A stretch of DNA of 64,000 nucleotides from Candidatus Binatia bacterium (lineage in GTDB: Bacteria > Desulfobacterota > Binatia > HRBIN30). Of this stretch, positions 11,162-21,564 are shown piece after piece (position 1 is the first letter of the stretch; every line of letters starts with the position of its first letter). The notes beneath the pieces were generated by a model. The model saw only the letters and a program-made list of their open reading frames with translations, made no database searches and had not been told where the DNA came from. The translations under genes and the position numbers were made by a program. The stretch lies in the NCBI GenBank assembly GCA_038245295.1, contig JBBRSP010000006.1, positions 96,001 through 160,000 on the forward strand. Direction: 5' to 3'.

Positions 11162-11956
11162 CTACCGACCTTTGAACTGCGGGGTGCGGCGCTCCATGAA
11201 CGCCAGCATCCCTTCTTTGGTATCTTCGGATTGCGAGACGATTGTTTGCGCCATCGCTTCCTGCTCAAGGCAAACTTCCATGTCCGACTCGAGAGATCGG
11301 TTGAGCAGGCGCTTCGACAAACCAATCGCCACCGTCGGTCCCTGCGCCAGTCGCTCAGCCCACTGACGCGCCGTCGCCGCCAATTGATCGGCTGGCACGA
11401 CCTTGGAAACGAGTCCGACACGGGCCGCGTCTTCGGCGCTCAAATCGTCGCCGAAGTAGATTAGCTCCTTGGCCTTCTGCAATCCGACCAAGCGCGGCAG
11501 CAGGTAAGCACCGGCAGCATCGACGGCGATACCACGTCGCACGAAAACCTCGATGAACTTCGCTTCACTCGCGGCGATTACGAAGTCGCTGGCAAACGCC
11601 AGGTGCGAGCCAAGCCCTGCCGCCACGCCGTTGACCGCTGCAACAACCGGCTTCTCTAGATCCCATAAGGCGCGGATCAGCCGCTGCGAGCTACTCTTCA
11701 TGACCAAACGGGTCGCCCCTGGGCCACTCGGCCCCTGGCCGCGCGGCCCGGAAAGATCCGCCCCGGTGCAGAACCCCTTGCCACTACCGGTGAGAACCAG
11801 GGCACGCACCGCCGGATTGGTCTGCGCATCGGTAAGCACGGCGATGAGGTCTTCGCGCATCTCGGCGTTGACGGCATTACGTTGCTCGGGACGGTTCATC
11901 GTCACCCAGGCAACGTCGTTCTCGATCGTCACGGTAATCGCTTTGAAATCAGCCAT
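11162..11956 (-). CDS. Enoyl-CoA hydratase/isomerase family protein
   Basis: MNRPEQRNA, FCTGADL, KPVVAAVNGVAAGLG, EGMLAFMERRTPQF. Confidence 0.93.
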   Translation of the reverse strand: MADFKAITVTIENDVAWVTMNRPEQRNAVNAEMREDLIAVLTDAQTNPAVRALVLTGSGKGFCTGADLSGPRGQGPSGPGATRLVMKSSSQRLIRALWDLEKPVVAAVNGVAAGLGSHLAFASDFVIAASEAKFIEVFVRRGIAVDAAGAYLLPRLVGLQKAKELIYFGDDLSAEDAARVGLVSKVVPADQLAATARQWAERLAQGPTVAIGLSKRLLNRSLESDMEVCLEQEAMAQTIVSQSEDTKEGMLAFMERRTPQFKGR

Positions 11957-11995
11957 GGTCTCCTCAGGTATCGTATCGATTCGGCAAGTCGGCGG

Positions 11996-13318
11996 TCATT
12001 TACCGAATCGCTGCAGTGCGCCGGAATCAAAGAAGCTGGGGGCGTAGCTGATGCGGCGATCATTGGCGACATCCTTGCCCTTGGGCAACAACCCGCCGAG
12101 TGTGGCGCGGTTGAGCTTGAGGTTCTCGGCGCATTGGTAGGAGAACGTCGATCCCCAGAGGGATTCGACCTTGCCGTCGGCACGCGTCACCGGCATGCGC
12201 TGATAGGCGAGCACCTGCAGCGTGTTCACCAATTCACCCTGCCAGTTGTACTTCCGATTCCAGGCGCCCTGATACGTTTCCTTGTCGATGTAGAGTTCGA
12301 CCTTGCCGTATAGGTAGTAGCGGTCCTTCGGGACGCCCTCGATGATCCACACCGGACGTTTGGCGAGGCCGGCGGGCACGGGCGCCCAGGCGATGCCCTT
12401 CCATGTTGGATCCTGATAACCGGCCACCGGCATTTCGGGCCACACGGAACGCCAACCCCCGCCGGGCAGGAGTTGTTGATGCGCCTTGTCCTCGAAGCTG
12501 CCCGGATCGACGAGCCGCAAGACTTCCGTCTCGCCCGTCAGCTTCCAGGTGAAGTCCTCCGGCTTGCCATCAAAAAATGGCCCGTCGTCTTGGCTCATGT
12601 CGGAGCCCAAGAACCCGTCGGAGCGATTCGCCGGGCTCACCGCGCGGACACGCCGTAGAGCGGGAACGTAGGCCCAGTTGGCATCACGCTTATTGGAATC
12701 GCGAAAACGCCAGGTCAGTGAGGCGGTGCCATGCAAGTCGGCCGGATACGTCGAAACGGAAATAAACTGCCCGGAGAAGTTGTTTGGATTCGGCAGCCGG
12801 TAGCCCTCGGCCTGACCGTCGTAATAGAGGAACTGCACATCTTGAATCGATTCGCGGTCGACGTGCTCCGGGCTCACCCAACTCAGCAGAACCACGTTGT
12901 GGCTATTGCCCTCATGCCAGTAGCCGTACTGGAAGTTCCACAAGACCTGGACCCCGGCGGTCGGATCCTTCGGATCGATCTTGTCGAACGGGAAGGCGTA
13001 GATGAACGGCGGCTGTTTGCCGGTCGTCTTTTCGACAACCGTGCCCTCGGGGCTGATGACATACTTCCCCGCATTCGCTGCCACGCCGGCTTTGAACTCC
13101 GGCTCGAAGCGGTAGATGCCCGCCGGCCAGTCGATGATCTTGTTACGGTACTGACCGTCTTTATAGTGCCGCAGGATCTCGGGCGGGAGCAGATCCTTGG
13201 CCAGTTGCCAGTTGTCCTGCCCCAGGACATCACCGGGCTTCAACTCCTGAGCCTGAGCCCGGCCGCCAAGGCCAGCAGCAACAACCGTCAACACGAGCGC
13301 CTTTATGATGCGCCTCAT
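11996..13318 (-). CDS. DUF1329-family periplasmic protein (LolA-like fold)
   Basis: Signal peptide; WAYVPALRRVR and DGFLGSD motifs; operon context with MMPL and YCF48 genes. Confidence 0.85.
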   Translation of the reverse strand: MRRIIKALVLTVVAAGLGGRAQAQELKPGDVLGQDNWQLAKDLLPPEILRHYKDGQYRNKIIDWPAGIYRFEPEFKAGVAANAGKYVISPEGTVVEKTTGKQPPFIYAFPFDKIDPKDPTAGVQVLWNFQYGYWHEGNSHNVVLLSWVSPEHVDRESIQDVQFLYYDGQAEGYRLPNPNNFSGQFISVSTYPADLHGTASLTWRFRDSNKRDANWAYVPALRRVRAVSPANRSDGFLGSDMSQDDGPFFDGKPEDFTWKLTGETEVLRLVDPGSFEDKAHQQLLPGGGWRSVWPEMPVAGYQDPTWKGIAWAPVPAGLAKRPVWIIEGVPKDRYYLYGKVELYIDKETYQGAWNRKYNWQGELVNTLQVLAYQRMPVTRADGKVESLWGSTFSYQCAENLKLNRATLGGLLPKGKDVANDRRISYAPSFFDSGALQRFGK

Positions 13319-13329
13319 ACGAGCCTCCC

Positions 13330-15711
13330 TCAGGCTTGCGCCGCTTCCATGGCCGCGCGGCCACGCTCGACAGCAAACCTGGGCTGCAGAAGCGAAACCA
13401 TCGCGGGGATGAACACCAACGCACCGATCGCATGGAACACCATCAACATGATCAGGATGAATGCCATCTCGGCCTGGAACTTGAGCGGGAAGAACAGCCA
13501 GAAGATCACGCTGACAACCAGCGTGCTGCCGGTGAAGATGATCGCTTTGCCAGTCGTCTGGATCGCGCGTCGATTTGCCTCATCGAAGCTCGGCACGATC
13601 TCGTATTCTTCGACGATCCGACTGAGGACGTAGTATCCATAGTCGATACCGATGCCGATGCCGACCGCCGCCACCGGCAGCGAGTTGATATTGAAGTCGA
13701 TGCCCATCAAGTACATCACCGCTTCCGAAAGTGGCTGAGCCACCAGCGAGGGGATCATAACAATCAGCGCGCCGACCACCGAGCGGTAGGTCAGAAAGCT
13801 CAACAGGAATACGACGAAGAAGATCAATGGCACGTTGACGCGGTACGACCACTCCACCTCTTCGTTGGTGGCCGCCAGGATGCCCAGCAGGCCGCCGGCC
13901 AGCAGATAACGCACACTGTCGTCCTTGCCGGTATGCGCCGCGATGTACTCTTTGGCGCGCTGGATGGAGTTGTGGATGATCTCGTTGTTGTAGGTCTTGT
14001 AGAGAATGGCGATGGTGGCGTTGGTGTAGTCCGGGCTGAAGAAGCGATCCATCTCGCCGCGGCTGGTACCGGCCGTCAACAAGTAGAAAAGCTGTCCGAT
14101 GTGATCGTCCCGCGTCGGCAGCATCTCCCACTTCGGGTCGCCCTCGCGGAACGTCCGATAGATCTTCTTGAGCAGCGTCGCCGCCGTTAAACTCCCGTTC
14201 GCCCCCTCACCCTGGGTCATGTGCCGCGCGAACAGCTCGATGTTGTTGAGGGTCTTGGCGTCTTTGATCGCTTCGACCTTCTTGCCCTCTGCAATGATCA
14301 CCAGTTGGCTGGCAACACCGACGAACTTCTCATTCAGCTTGCGGAAGGCAACGTTGTACGGATGGTCATAATAGAGCAGCGCCGCACCGGGCTCGGTATC
14401 ACCGGTCTTCAGGTGATGCGCGAAGTAGAAGCCGCCGCTCATCACCACGATCAGCACTATGACCATGACGTACCGCATGTTGCCTTGGCCAAGCGCGATG
14501 AGGATTCGGCTGATGCCGCCGTAAAAACGATCCGACCAATTCTCACTCGCCGACTGCGGCTCCTTGGGTGGCCGCACATAGGTCAGGATGATCGGATGTA
14601 ACGTCACCACACTCAAGAAGATGCTGATGATCCAAAAACTGGCGACGAAGGCCAGTTTCTGCATCAACGGGATGCTGGCAACGGCTATCGTGAGAATGGC
14701 TACGCCATCAGCGACAATAGACACCATGGCCGGCGGGAATAGGGCTGTATACGAGCGTATAATCGCTTTCGTCTTGTCGTGCGTCAAATGGTACTCGTCG
14801 TGGTACCGCTCCATCGACTGTACCGAGTGACTCAGGGCGCGCGCCGTGATCAGCACGAAGACGACCAGGACCAATGGATCGAGCGTGAAACCACATAGCC
14901 CGGCAAAACCGAGCCCCCAGATGGCGCTCATCATTCCCGAGAACACCGGGATCAACACGCCCTGCGCTGAGCGAAAGTAGAACCACAGAAGCAAAATCAT
15001 GGCGACGCCGGTCGCCAGGAAGACGTAGCCCATCTTGCCGATGTACTGATTGAAGTAGGCGTACAAGACGGGCGGCCCGGCCACGTAGATCTTCACCTTG
15101 CCGTCAGCCTCTTCACGCTGCACGATTTCTTGCAGGCGAGCCCACATTTCGTTGAGGTCGAAGTACTCTTCCCAGAAGCCGGCGGTGATGAGTGTGGCTT
15201 TGTCGTCCGGCGAGACGAAGAAACCGCGCACCGCCTCGGTCGTGTAAATCTTCTGCCGCAGGAACTCCATGTCCTCTTTGTCCTGCGGTAGGCGCGGATA
15301 CATCAACGGCACCACCTTGATGCCGGAACCCGAGGTCAGCGTGGTCTTCAGCTTGGGATGGGTGATCGAAATCACCTGCTCGCCGTTGACGCCCGGGACC
15401 TTGTGCAACAGGTCGAGCGTAATGCGATCGATCTTGGCGATTACCTCTGGATCATCGAAAATCGTCCCCTTGGTCGTCTCCAAGACCATGATCAACTGAT
15501 TGGCCGAGCCGAACATGGAGCGGTACTTGATGTACAGCTGAATGTACGGGTGCTTTGGCGGCATCAGGTCGAAGAAACTGGTGAAGATCGACAGCTTCGT
15601 GGCGGTAAACCAGACGAAGAACAGGGTGCCGATGGTAACCGCGATCGACACGCCAACCCGTCGGCGCAGCAAGAAGTGTAGATACCCTTCGATCCAACTC
15701 TTCGGTAGCAT
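13330..15711 (-). CDS. MMPL/RND-family transporter
   Basis: Two repeats of TM plus periplasmic loop plus five TMs; ARALSHSVQ and GIGIGIDY motifs. Confidence 0.9.
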   Translation of the reverse strand: MLPKSWIEGYLHFLLRRRVGVSIAVTIGTLFFVWFTATKLSIFTSFFDLMPPKHPYIQLYIKYRSMFGSANQLIMVLETTKGTIFDDPEVIAKIDRITLDLLHKVPGVNGEQVISITHPKLKTTLTSGSGIKVVPLMYPRLPQDKEDMEFLRQKIYTTEAVRGFFVSPDDKATLITAGFWEEYFDLNEMWARLQEIVQREEADGKVKIYVAGPPVLYAYFNQYIGKMGYVFLATGVAMILLLWFYFRSAQGVLIPVFSGMMSAIWGLGFAGLCGFTLDPLVLVVFVLITARALSHSVQSMERYHDEYHLTHDKTKAIIRSYTALFPPAMVSIVADGVAILTIAVASIPLMQKLAFVASFWIISIFLSVVTLHPIILTYVRPPKEPQSASENWSDRFYGGISRILIALGQGNMRYVMVIVLIVVMSGGFYFAHHLKTGDTEPGAALLYYDHPYNVAFRKLNEKFVGVASQLVIIAEGKKVEAIKDAKTLNNIELFARHMTQGEGANGSLTAATLLKKIYRTFREGDPKWEMLPTRDDHIGQLFYLLTAGTSRGEMDRFFSPDYTNATIAILYKTYNNEIIHNSIQRAKEYIAAHTGKDDSVRYLLAGGLLGILAATNEEVEWSYRVNVPLIFFVVFLLSFLTYRSVVGALIVMIPSLVAQPLSEAVMYLMGIDFNINSLPVAAVGIGIGIDYGYYVLSRIVEEYEIVPSFDEANRRAIQTTGKAIIFTGSTLVVSVIFWLFFPLKFQAEMAFILIMLMVFHAIGALVFIPAMVSLLQPRFAVERGRAAMEAAQA

Positions 15712-16736
15712 CAGCTTTTCCCAGGCCCCTTGAGATGTTCGCCGTCGACGCGAATGGTGAGCCCGTTGGCGCCGACAAACATTCCGCTACCATCCGGTGC
15801 GAGTGACATGCCGCGAATCCAGCTCAGGTTCCATTCGCCTGGAACCTCCTGGCGCACCCATGTCTGCCCACCATCCTTCGTCAAAAAGACACTGCCGATA
15901 TCGCCGACGGCAAAGCCGATCTGGCCGTGCACGGAGATGCCATACAAACTGGCGTTCTCGAGCGCTTCGGCGACACCTACCTGCTCGAGCGCGTTGACCT
16001 CGGCCTTGCCACGCAAGACGCTCCAATGTTGACCACCGTCGTCGGTTTTGAGAATCAGCCCGTCGAGCCCGCAGGCCCAGCCGTGCTGGGCATCATTGAA
16101 GTGAACATCGAAAAGGGTCTTTTCAACGCCGCTCGGCTGGTCCTGCCAGGTCTTGCCGCCATCCACCGTGTGCACGATGGCGCCAAGCTCACCGACCACC
16201 CAACCCTGGGTCGCACTGACCCATGCCTGCCCGTAGAGGATGACGTCGCGGTCCAGGGTGTGATCCTTCCAGGTCTTGCCCCCGTCGTCGGTGGCCAAGA
16301 TTGCCCCCCAGTCGCCGACCGCCCAGGCATGCTGAGCGTCGAGAGCCGCGACATTGAAGAGGTGTTTGTCGCTCCCCGTCGTCTGGCGCTCCCAGGTGTC
16401 GCCGCCGTTGCCGGTGTGCAACATCACGCCAGTACGGCCGACGATCCAACCGTTTGAAGTATCGGCAAAGCCGACACCAAACAGCTGCTCGACGGTCCCC
16501 GAGCTCTGCGCCTGCCAGGTCTGCGCTCCGTCGCGGGTACGAAAGATCGACCCAAAGGCACCGACGGCAAAACCCTGATCGTGGTTGATGAAGTAAGTCG
16601 CGTAGAGATGGTCGATGATCCGGCCACCTTCGCCGGCCGCAGGGATCACGCCCACGGCACTCGCCACTGCAACGAGAAAGGCGGCACACGCCGAGGTAAG
16701 CCGCCGACTCAATCTGACACGGTCGTCCGACACCAA
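15711..16736 (-). CDS. YCF48-like (BNR-repeat) beta-propeller protein
   Basis: Repeated TxDGGxTW (BNR/Asp-box) motifs with GWxVG; signal-like N-terminus; stop/start coupled to the MMPL gene. Confidence 0.88.
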   Translation of the reverse strand: MVSDDRVRLSRRLTSACAAFLVAVASAVGVIPAAGEGGRIIDHLYATYFINHDQGFAVGAFGSIFRTRDGAQTWQAQSSGTVEQLFGVGFADTSNGWIVGRTGVMLHTGNGGDTWERQTTGSDKHLFNVAALDAQHAWAVGDWGAILATDDGGKTWKDHTLDRDVILYGQAWVSATQGWVVGELGAIVHTVDGGKTWQDQPSGVEKTLFDVHFNDAQHGWACGLDGLILKTDDGGQHWSVLRGKAEVNALEQVGVAEALENASLYGISVHGQIGFAVGDIGSVFLTKDGGQTWVRQEVPGEWNLSWIRGMSLAPDGSGMFVGANGLTIRVDGEHLKGPGKS

Positions 16737-16996
16737 ATCTCTAATCTCCGACTCAAAGATGCGGCCTTATAGGTTGGTCCGTCCGAACGAGTCAACCAAT
16801 CGTTTGATTCAATGCGGCAATCTGGCGAATCGGGCCACTCCGCCGCCGAGACCGTCGGCGGTTACGCTGGAGTTGTCACTCGGGCCGTGAAGCCAAAGAC
16901 ACTTACCCTGCCCGACCACACTCTCCACCGAGATACGGCCGCCCGGTCGCTTTCACGAGCTGCGCACAGCTCGGCGCGCCAGAGCCTGTCTTGGGG

Positions 16997-17965
16997 CTAT
17001 GGAATCAGCAATACCCGCCCGAAGGCCTCGCGGCTCTCGACATAGGCATGCGCCGCCGCGGCGTCGGCGAGTGGGTATTCGCGGTCGACGATCACTTTGA
17101 GATCGCCGCGCGCAATGTCGTTCAGGTGTCGCGCGATCATCGGATGCACCCGCGCGTAATTGAGCATCAGCTCGGCACCGAGGAAGATGCCGGTGATGCT
17201 CTTGTTGCCCGGTCGCAACGCATCGAGGTTCGGTTGAAACGCATCGCGGCCGGCAGAACCGACGTAGCTGATGCGGCCGCGATACGCGGCGGCAGCAATG
17301 CTTCCTTCCAGGGTCTTGCCACCCACTGAATCGACCGTCACGTCGGCCCCATGGCCACCGGTGATTTCGTGCACCGCCGCCACGAAGTCGCGGCTGCGAT
17401 AGTTGATTCCATGGTCGAGACCAAGCACTTTGAGACGATCGAGCTTGCTGTCCTTCGAAGCGGTCGCAAGCACCGTGGCACCGGCGCGCTTCGCCAATTG
17501 GATCGCGGCAATGCCGACGCCGCCGGCGCCGGCTTGGATCAGCGCCGTCTCGCCTTGGCGTAAACGGCCGAACTCGAACAAGCAGTCATCGGCCGTACCG
17601 AACGGAATCGGCACACACGCGGCAAGCTTCAGATCGAGTGCATCGGGCACGACCCAGGTGGTCAGCGCCGAAACCGCCACCAACTCGGCGTGCGAGCCGT
17701 GCATCATAATCGCCACGACGCGCTGCCCGATGCTACGACCTTGCACCTGCGAACCAACCTGCCGCACGATGCCGGCACATTGGTAGCCGACAATATGCGG
17801 GCGCGATGCCATCTCGCCGCCTGAGCGATGCAACGTGTCGCCGCCTTCGATGCTGATCGCTTTGACCTCGATGAGCACCGCGTCAGAGGCGCAGATCGGA
17901 CCCTCAACCGTCTCGTAGCGGAACACCTCTGGACCACCGGTCTGGTAATACACTGCGGCCTTCAT
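16997..17965 (-). CDS. NADPH:quinone oxidoreductase (MDR/zeta-crystallin family)
   Basis: MKAAVYYQTGGPEV start after GAGGAG; AGAGGVG nucleotide-binding motif; GRVLLIP C-terminus. The ORF-track extension to 18358 is a shadow of the opposite-strand gene. Confidence 0.9.
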   Translation of the reverse strand: MKAAVYYQTGGPEVFRYETVEGPICASDAVLIEVKAISIEGGDTLHRSGGEMASRPHIVGYQCAGIVRQVGSQVQGRSIGQRVVAIMMHGSHAELVAVSALTTWVVPDALDLKLAACVPIPFGTADDCLFEFGRLRQGETALIQAGAGGVGIAAIQLAKRAGATVLATASKDSKLDRLKVLGLDHGINYRSRDFVAAVHEITGGHGADVTVDSVGGKTLEGSIAAAAYRGRISYVGSAGRDAFQPNLDALRPGNKSITGIFLGAELMLNYARVHPMIARHLNDIARGDLKVIVDREYPLADAAAAHAYVESREAFGRVLLIP

Positions 17966-18068
17966 CGGCATCCTCCTCGTCGCTCGATCGAAACGGACCA
18001 TACACAGTGACGCGGAAGATTTCGACGCTTGCGCCGGCGGGTGAATTGGCGCAAATGGCCGAACCATT

Positions 18069-21000
18069 GTGGTGACAACCTGCGCGCACTGCCGGCACGA
18101 GAACTCAACGACGGCGAAGTTCTGCCAGGAGTGCGGCACCGCATTACGCCCAACGGCGCAACCGACCTCCTCGGATCCGCGATCGTACACGCCACGCCAT
18201 CTCGCTGAGAAGATCCTGACGCGCCGCAGTGCGCTGGAAGGTGAACGCAAACAAGTGACCGTGTTGTTCGCCGACGTCAAAGGCTCGCTCGAGCTGGCGG
18301 AGCAACTCGACCCCGAGGAGTGGCACCACATCATGGAACGCTTCTTCGCCATCCTCACCGCCGGCGTTCATCGTTTCGAAGGCACAATCAATCAGTACAC
18401 CGGCGACGGCATCATGGCGCTTTTCGGGGCGCCGCTGGCGCACGAAGATCACGCCCAGCGAGCCTGCTACGCGGCGCTGCAGATGCGCGAGACGTTACGC
18501 GCCTATGCGGACGACCTGCGCCGCGACGCCGGGCTCAACTTCTCGGTGCGTATGGGTCTGAACTCCGGAGAGGTTGTGGTCGGGAAGATCGGCGACGACC
18601 TACGCATGGACTACACCGCACAGGGCCACGCCGTCGGACTGGCCGCCCGCATGGAACAGCTGGCCGAGCCGGGAACCGTCCTACTCACGGAGAACACCGC
18701 AAGACTTGTGTCGGGCTATGTCCAGCTGCGTGACTTAGGCGCTTCTCGACTCAAGGGCGTGAGCGAGCCGCTGCACGTCTATCGACTCGAAGCGATCGGC
18801 GCGGTGCAAACACGCCTCGATCTCAGCCGGGCCCGCGGCTTTTCGCACTTTGTCGGGCGTGACGCCGAGATGACCGCGCTCGAACAAGCCCTCGAACGCA
18901 CGATGGCCGGCCAGGGCGAGGCCATCGGCATCGTCGCCGAGGCGGGTGCCGGCAAGAGCCGTCTCTGCTTCGAGTTCATCAAACACTGCCGACGCCACGG
19001 CCTGGAGGTGCTTGTCGCCTCGGGCGTCCCACATGGCCGATCAGTGCCGTTCCTGCCCGTATTGCAGATCATGCGCGGCTTGTGCGGTATCACGGAACGC
19101 GAGGCGGGAGACGAAGCACGCCGCAAGATCGCCGGAGCGCTGCTGATGCGTGACGAGGCGTTCCGCAACGACCTGCCGCTGTTGTTCGACTTCCTCGGCG
19201 TACCCGACCCGACCCTGCCGAGTCCGCGCCTCGAGCCCGAGGCATTGCAACGACGGCTGTTCGGCGCCATCCAGCGTCTCATCTACACGCGCACCCACGG
19301 CGATGCCGCGGTCTTGTTGTTCGAGGACTTGCACTGGATCGATGGCGCCAGTGCCGCAGCCCTCGAGAGCCTCATCGACACCGTACCGCGGACACGCACG
19401 CTGCTGCTTATGAACTTTCGCCCCGACTACCGTGCCAAGTGGATGACACGCCCCTTCTATCGGCAAGTAGCCTTGCACCCACTCGATCACGTCGCCACGG
19501 CGGCCCTTGCGGCCGAGCTTCTGGGCGCGGATCCTCGTCTCGGTGCCTTGGCTCAACGCATCCGCGAGCGCGCCGCCGGCAATCCGTTCTTCCTCGAGGA
19601 GATGATTCAAACCTTGGCAGAGACAGGAGCCCTCATCGGCACGCGCGGCGCTTACCAACCGGGCGGCCTCGCCACCGAGGCGGCACTTCCACCCACCGTG
19701 CAAGCAGCGATCGACGCCCGCATCGACCGGCTCTCAGAGCATGAAAAGGAAGTTATCCAGGCCGCCGCGGTGATCGGCAGGGAGTTCGCCACACCGGTGT
19801 TGGAGCGGGTTGTCGACGTCACGACGTCGGAGCTCTCGGCGACCCTGGAGGCGCTCGTCCATGCCGAGTTCGTGTATCCACTCGCCTTGTTCCCGGAGGA
19901 CGTGCACGCCTTCAAACATCCCTTGACGCAGGAAGTGGCGTATCGCTCGCAGCTGAGTGAACGGCGTGCTCAGCTTCACGCCGCCGTCGCACACGCCATC
20001 GAGGTCTTGTACCCAGACCGGCTCGACGAAAAGGCCGCCTTACTCGCGCAACATTGGGAGGCGGCGGGCGATATCGGCGCAGCGGCACAATGGCACAGCC
20101 GCGCCGCCGTGTGGGTCGGGGCACGCGACCGCGGTGAGATGTTACGTCACTGGCAACAAGTGCGCGCCTTGCTCGATCGTCTTCCCGTCACCGCCGACAC
20201 GTTGAGACCGCGTCTCCTGGCGCGTATCCAGATGATCCACAACCGGCTTTTCCTTGGCCGCGTCGTCGCCGAGGCCGCGACGCTGTTTCAAGAAGGAGTG
20301 GCGCTGGCCACGCAGCTCGAGGATCCGATGCTGCATGTCTGGTTACTCGGCGTCTACGCGATGGCACAACAGCAGAGCGGCGCCTTGCTCGAAGGTCTGA
20401 AAGTCGCCGAAGAAGGTGTGCGGCGCGCCGACGCCACCACCAGCAACTTACTGCGCTTGATGATCCGGGTTTCGTACTCGTGGATCCTCTTGCAACTGGG
20501 CCGATTGCACGAGGTTGTCGCAGTGAGCGATGAGGCGGTGCGCCTGGCCAACGATGATCCGAATGCCGGGGCCGAGCTGATTGGCTTCAGTCCTTTGGGG
20601 AGTATCCTGACCTTACGCGCCGCGGCCCTCGCGTTCATCGGGCGCTTCGCCGAGGCGCGCCGCGCGATCACCGAAGCGATGGCGATTGGTGAACAATTCA
20701 ACGACGCCGAGGTGCTCACGTGGGCCCACGCCTGGGGTGTGCATATCAGCGACTTGGCAGGGGATCTCGTCGCCGCGCTGCATCATGGACGCCGCGGGGC
20801 GGAGTTTGGCGACGCCACCAGGAGCACCGGCCTGCGGGCGAGCGCGTTCATCGAGCTGGCGCGCGCGTATGTCCTCAACCGCCAGTTCGATCTGGCAGAG
20901 GCCGCCCTCGCTGAGGCATGTTCCAAGATCCCAGCCGACAGCCAACCTGACGACCCGCTGTACTTCATCGTCCTGGCTCGCACACACCTCGGACTCGGCA

Positions 21001-21335
21001 ATCCAGAGAAAGCGTGGGCAGCAGCTGAGAGCGCCGTAACCTGCGCAGCCCCGAACGCGACACTCAGCCTCGGAGCGCGACGCATCCGTGTCGAGGTTGG
21101 CGTGTCGCAGGGACTGGGTCGCGCCGCCGAAATCGAAGCTGACCTCGATGTCATGCTCGACCTGATCAAGACGACGCAGTCACACGCCTTGCTGCCGTTC
21201 GTGCACGAAGGACGCGCCGGCCTGGCGCTTCTGCGCGGTGATGCCGGAGACCAACAACGCGAGACTCGAGAAGCGCGACGCCTTTTCCAGGAGCTCGGCG
21301 CAAGCGGCCACGTCGAGCGGCTGGCTTCACGTTGA
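18069..21335 (+). CDS. Zinc-ribbon + class III adenylate/guanylate cyclase + STAND AAA ATPase + TPR protein
   Basis: CAHC...CQEC ribbon; VLFADVKGS and YTGDG cyclase motifs; Walker A AEAGAGKS; Walker B FEDLHW; GNPFFLEE; FKHPLTQEVAY. Confidence 0.92.
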   Translation: MVTTCAHCRHENSTTAKFCQECGTALRPTAQPTSSDPRSYTPRHLAEKILTRRSALEGERKQVTVLFADVKGSLELAEQLDPEEWHHIMERFFAILTAGVHRFEGTINQYTGDGIMALFGAPLAHEDHAQRACYAALQMRETLRAYADDLRRDAGLNFSVRMGLNSGEVVVGKIGDDLRMDYTAQGHAVGLAARMEQLAEPGTVLLTENTARLVSGYVQLRDLGASRLKGVSEPLHVYRLEAIGAVQTRLDLSRARGFSHFVGRDAEMTALEQALERTMAGQGEAIGIVAEAGAGKSRLCFEFIKHCRRHGLEVLVASGVPHGRSVPFLPVLQIMRGLCGITEREAGDEARRKIAGALLMRDEAFRNDLPLLFDFLGVPDPTLPSPRLEPEALQRRLFGAIQRLIYTRTHGDAAVLLFEDLHWIDGASAAALESLIDTVPRTRTLLLMNFRPDYRAKWMTRPFYRQVALHPLDHVATAALAAELLGADPRLGALAQRIRERAAGNPFFLEEMIQTLAETGALIGTRGAYQPGGLATEAALPPTVQAAIDARIDRLSEHEKEVIQAAAVIGREFATPVLERVVDVTTSELSATLEALVHAEFVYPLALFPEDVHAFKHPLTQEVAYRSQLSERRAQLHAAVAHAIEVLYPDRLDEKAALLAQHWEAAGDIGAAAQWHSRAAVWVGARDRGEMLRHWQQVRALLDRLPVTADTLRPRLLARIQMIHNRLFLGRVVAEAATLFQEGVALATQLEDPMLHVWLLGVYAMAQQQSGALLEGLKVAEEGVRRADATTSNLLRLMIRVSYSWILLQLGRLHEVVAVSDEAVRLANDDPNAGAELIGFSPLGSILTLRAAALAFIGRFAEARRAITEAMAIGEQFNDAEVLTWAHAWGVHISDLAGDLVAALHHGRRGAEFGDATRSTGLRASAFIELARAYVLNRQFDLAEAALAEACSKIPADSQPDDPLYFIVLARTHLGLGNPEKAWAAAESAVTCAAPNATLSLGARRIRVEVGVSQGLGRAAEIEADLDVMLDLIKTTQSHALLPFVHEGRAGLALLRGDAGDQQRETREARRLFQELGASGHVERLASR

Positions 21336-21410
21336 CATCAACCTCGACAGATTGCGGCGCGCCGACCGCAGCCCGCTGCTCCGCGGCACCTCTGGCCTGA
21401 TAACCGCACC

Positions 21411-21439
21411 TTGACAGAGAGCCGGCAAGGGCGGAGAGT
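21411..21439 (+). promoter_or_regulatory. Putative sigma70 promoter TTGACA-N17-GAGAGT
   Basis: Perfect -35 at 21411-21416, 17-bp spacer, weak -10 that keeps the conserved A2 and T6. Confidence 0.5.
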
Positions 21440-21445
21440 CCAACC

Positions 21446-21564
21446 TCACGTTCTGCCCGAACGCTGAGGGTTCGACGACCCTCCGATCGAAAAGCGTACG
21501 AGCCCTTTCGGGAGCCTTACTCCCCGCAACTCTGGCAGGTTTCATTGCCGCCACGAGGGCTCAC
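21446..21564 (+). ncRNA. Candidate structured 5' leader (cis-regulatory RNA) sequestering the RBS of ORF 21565
   Basis: Stems ACGCT/AGCGT, GAGGGT/ACCCTC, GGGAG/CTCCC, GGCA/TGCC, and GAGCCCT(21500-06)/AGGGCTC(21556-62) covering the RBS. Confidence 0.5.

Noticed and set aside
17966..18358. N-terminal extensions in the ORF track (quinone oxidoreductase; also starts at 38239, 38492, 51195, 53075, 53847, 56040 and 60525)
   Set aside because: They overlap neighbouring genes or promoters; downstream starts with an RBS, stop/start coupling or family-typical N-termini fit better
18069..21335. Anti-phage (Avs/Pycsar-like) defence system call
   Set aside because: The architecture matches widespread signalling cyclase-STAND proteins; no effector gene or defence-island context
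21446..21564. tRNA, 6S RNA or known riboswitch identity for the structured leader (it contains GGTTCGA)
   Set aside because: No cloverleaf or CCA end, no long 6S-like rod, no recognisable aptamer consensus
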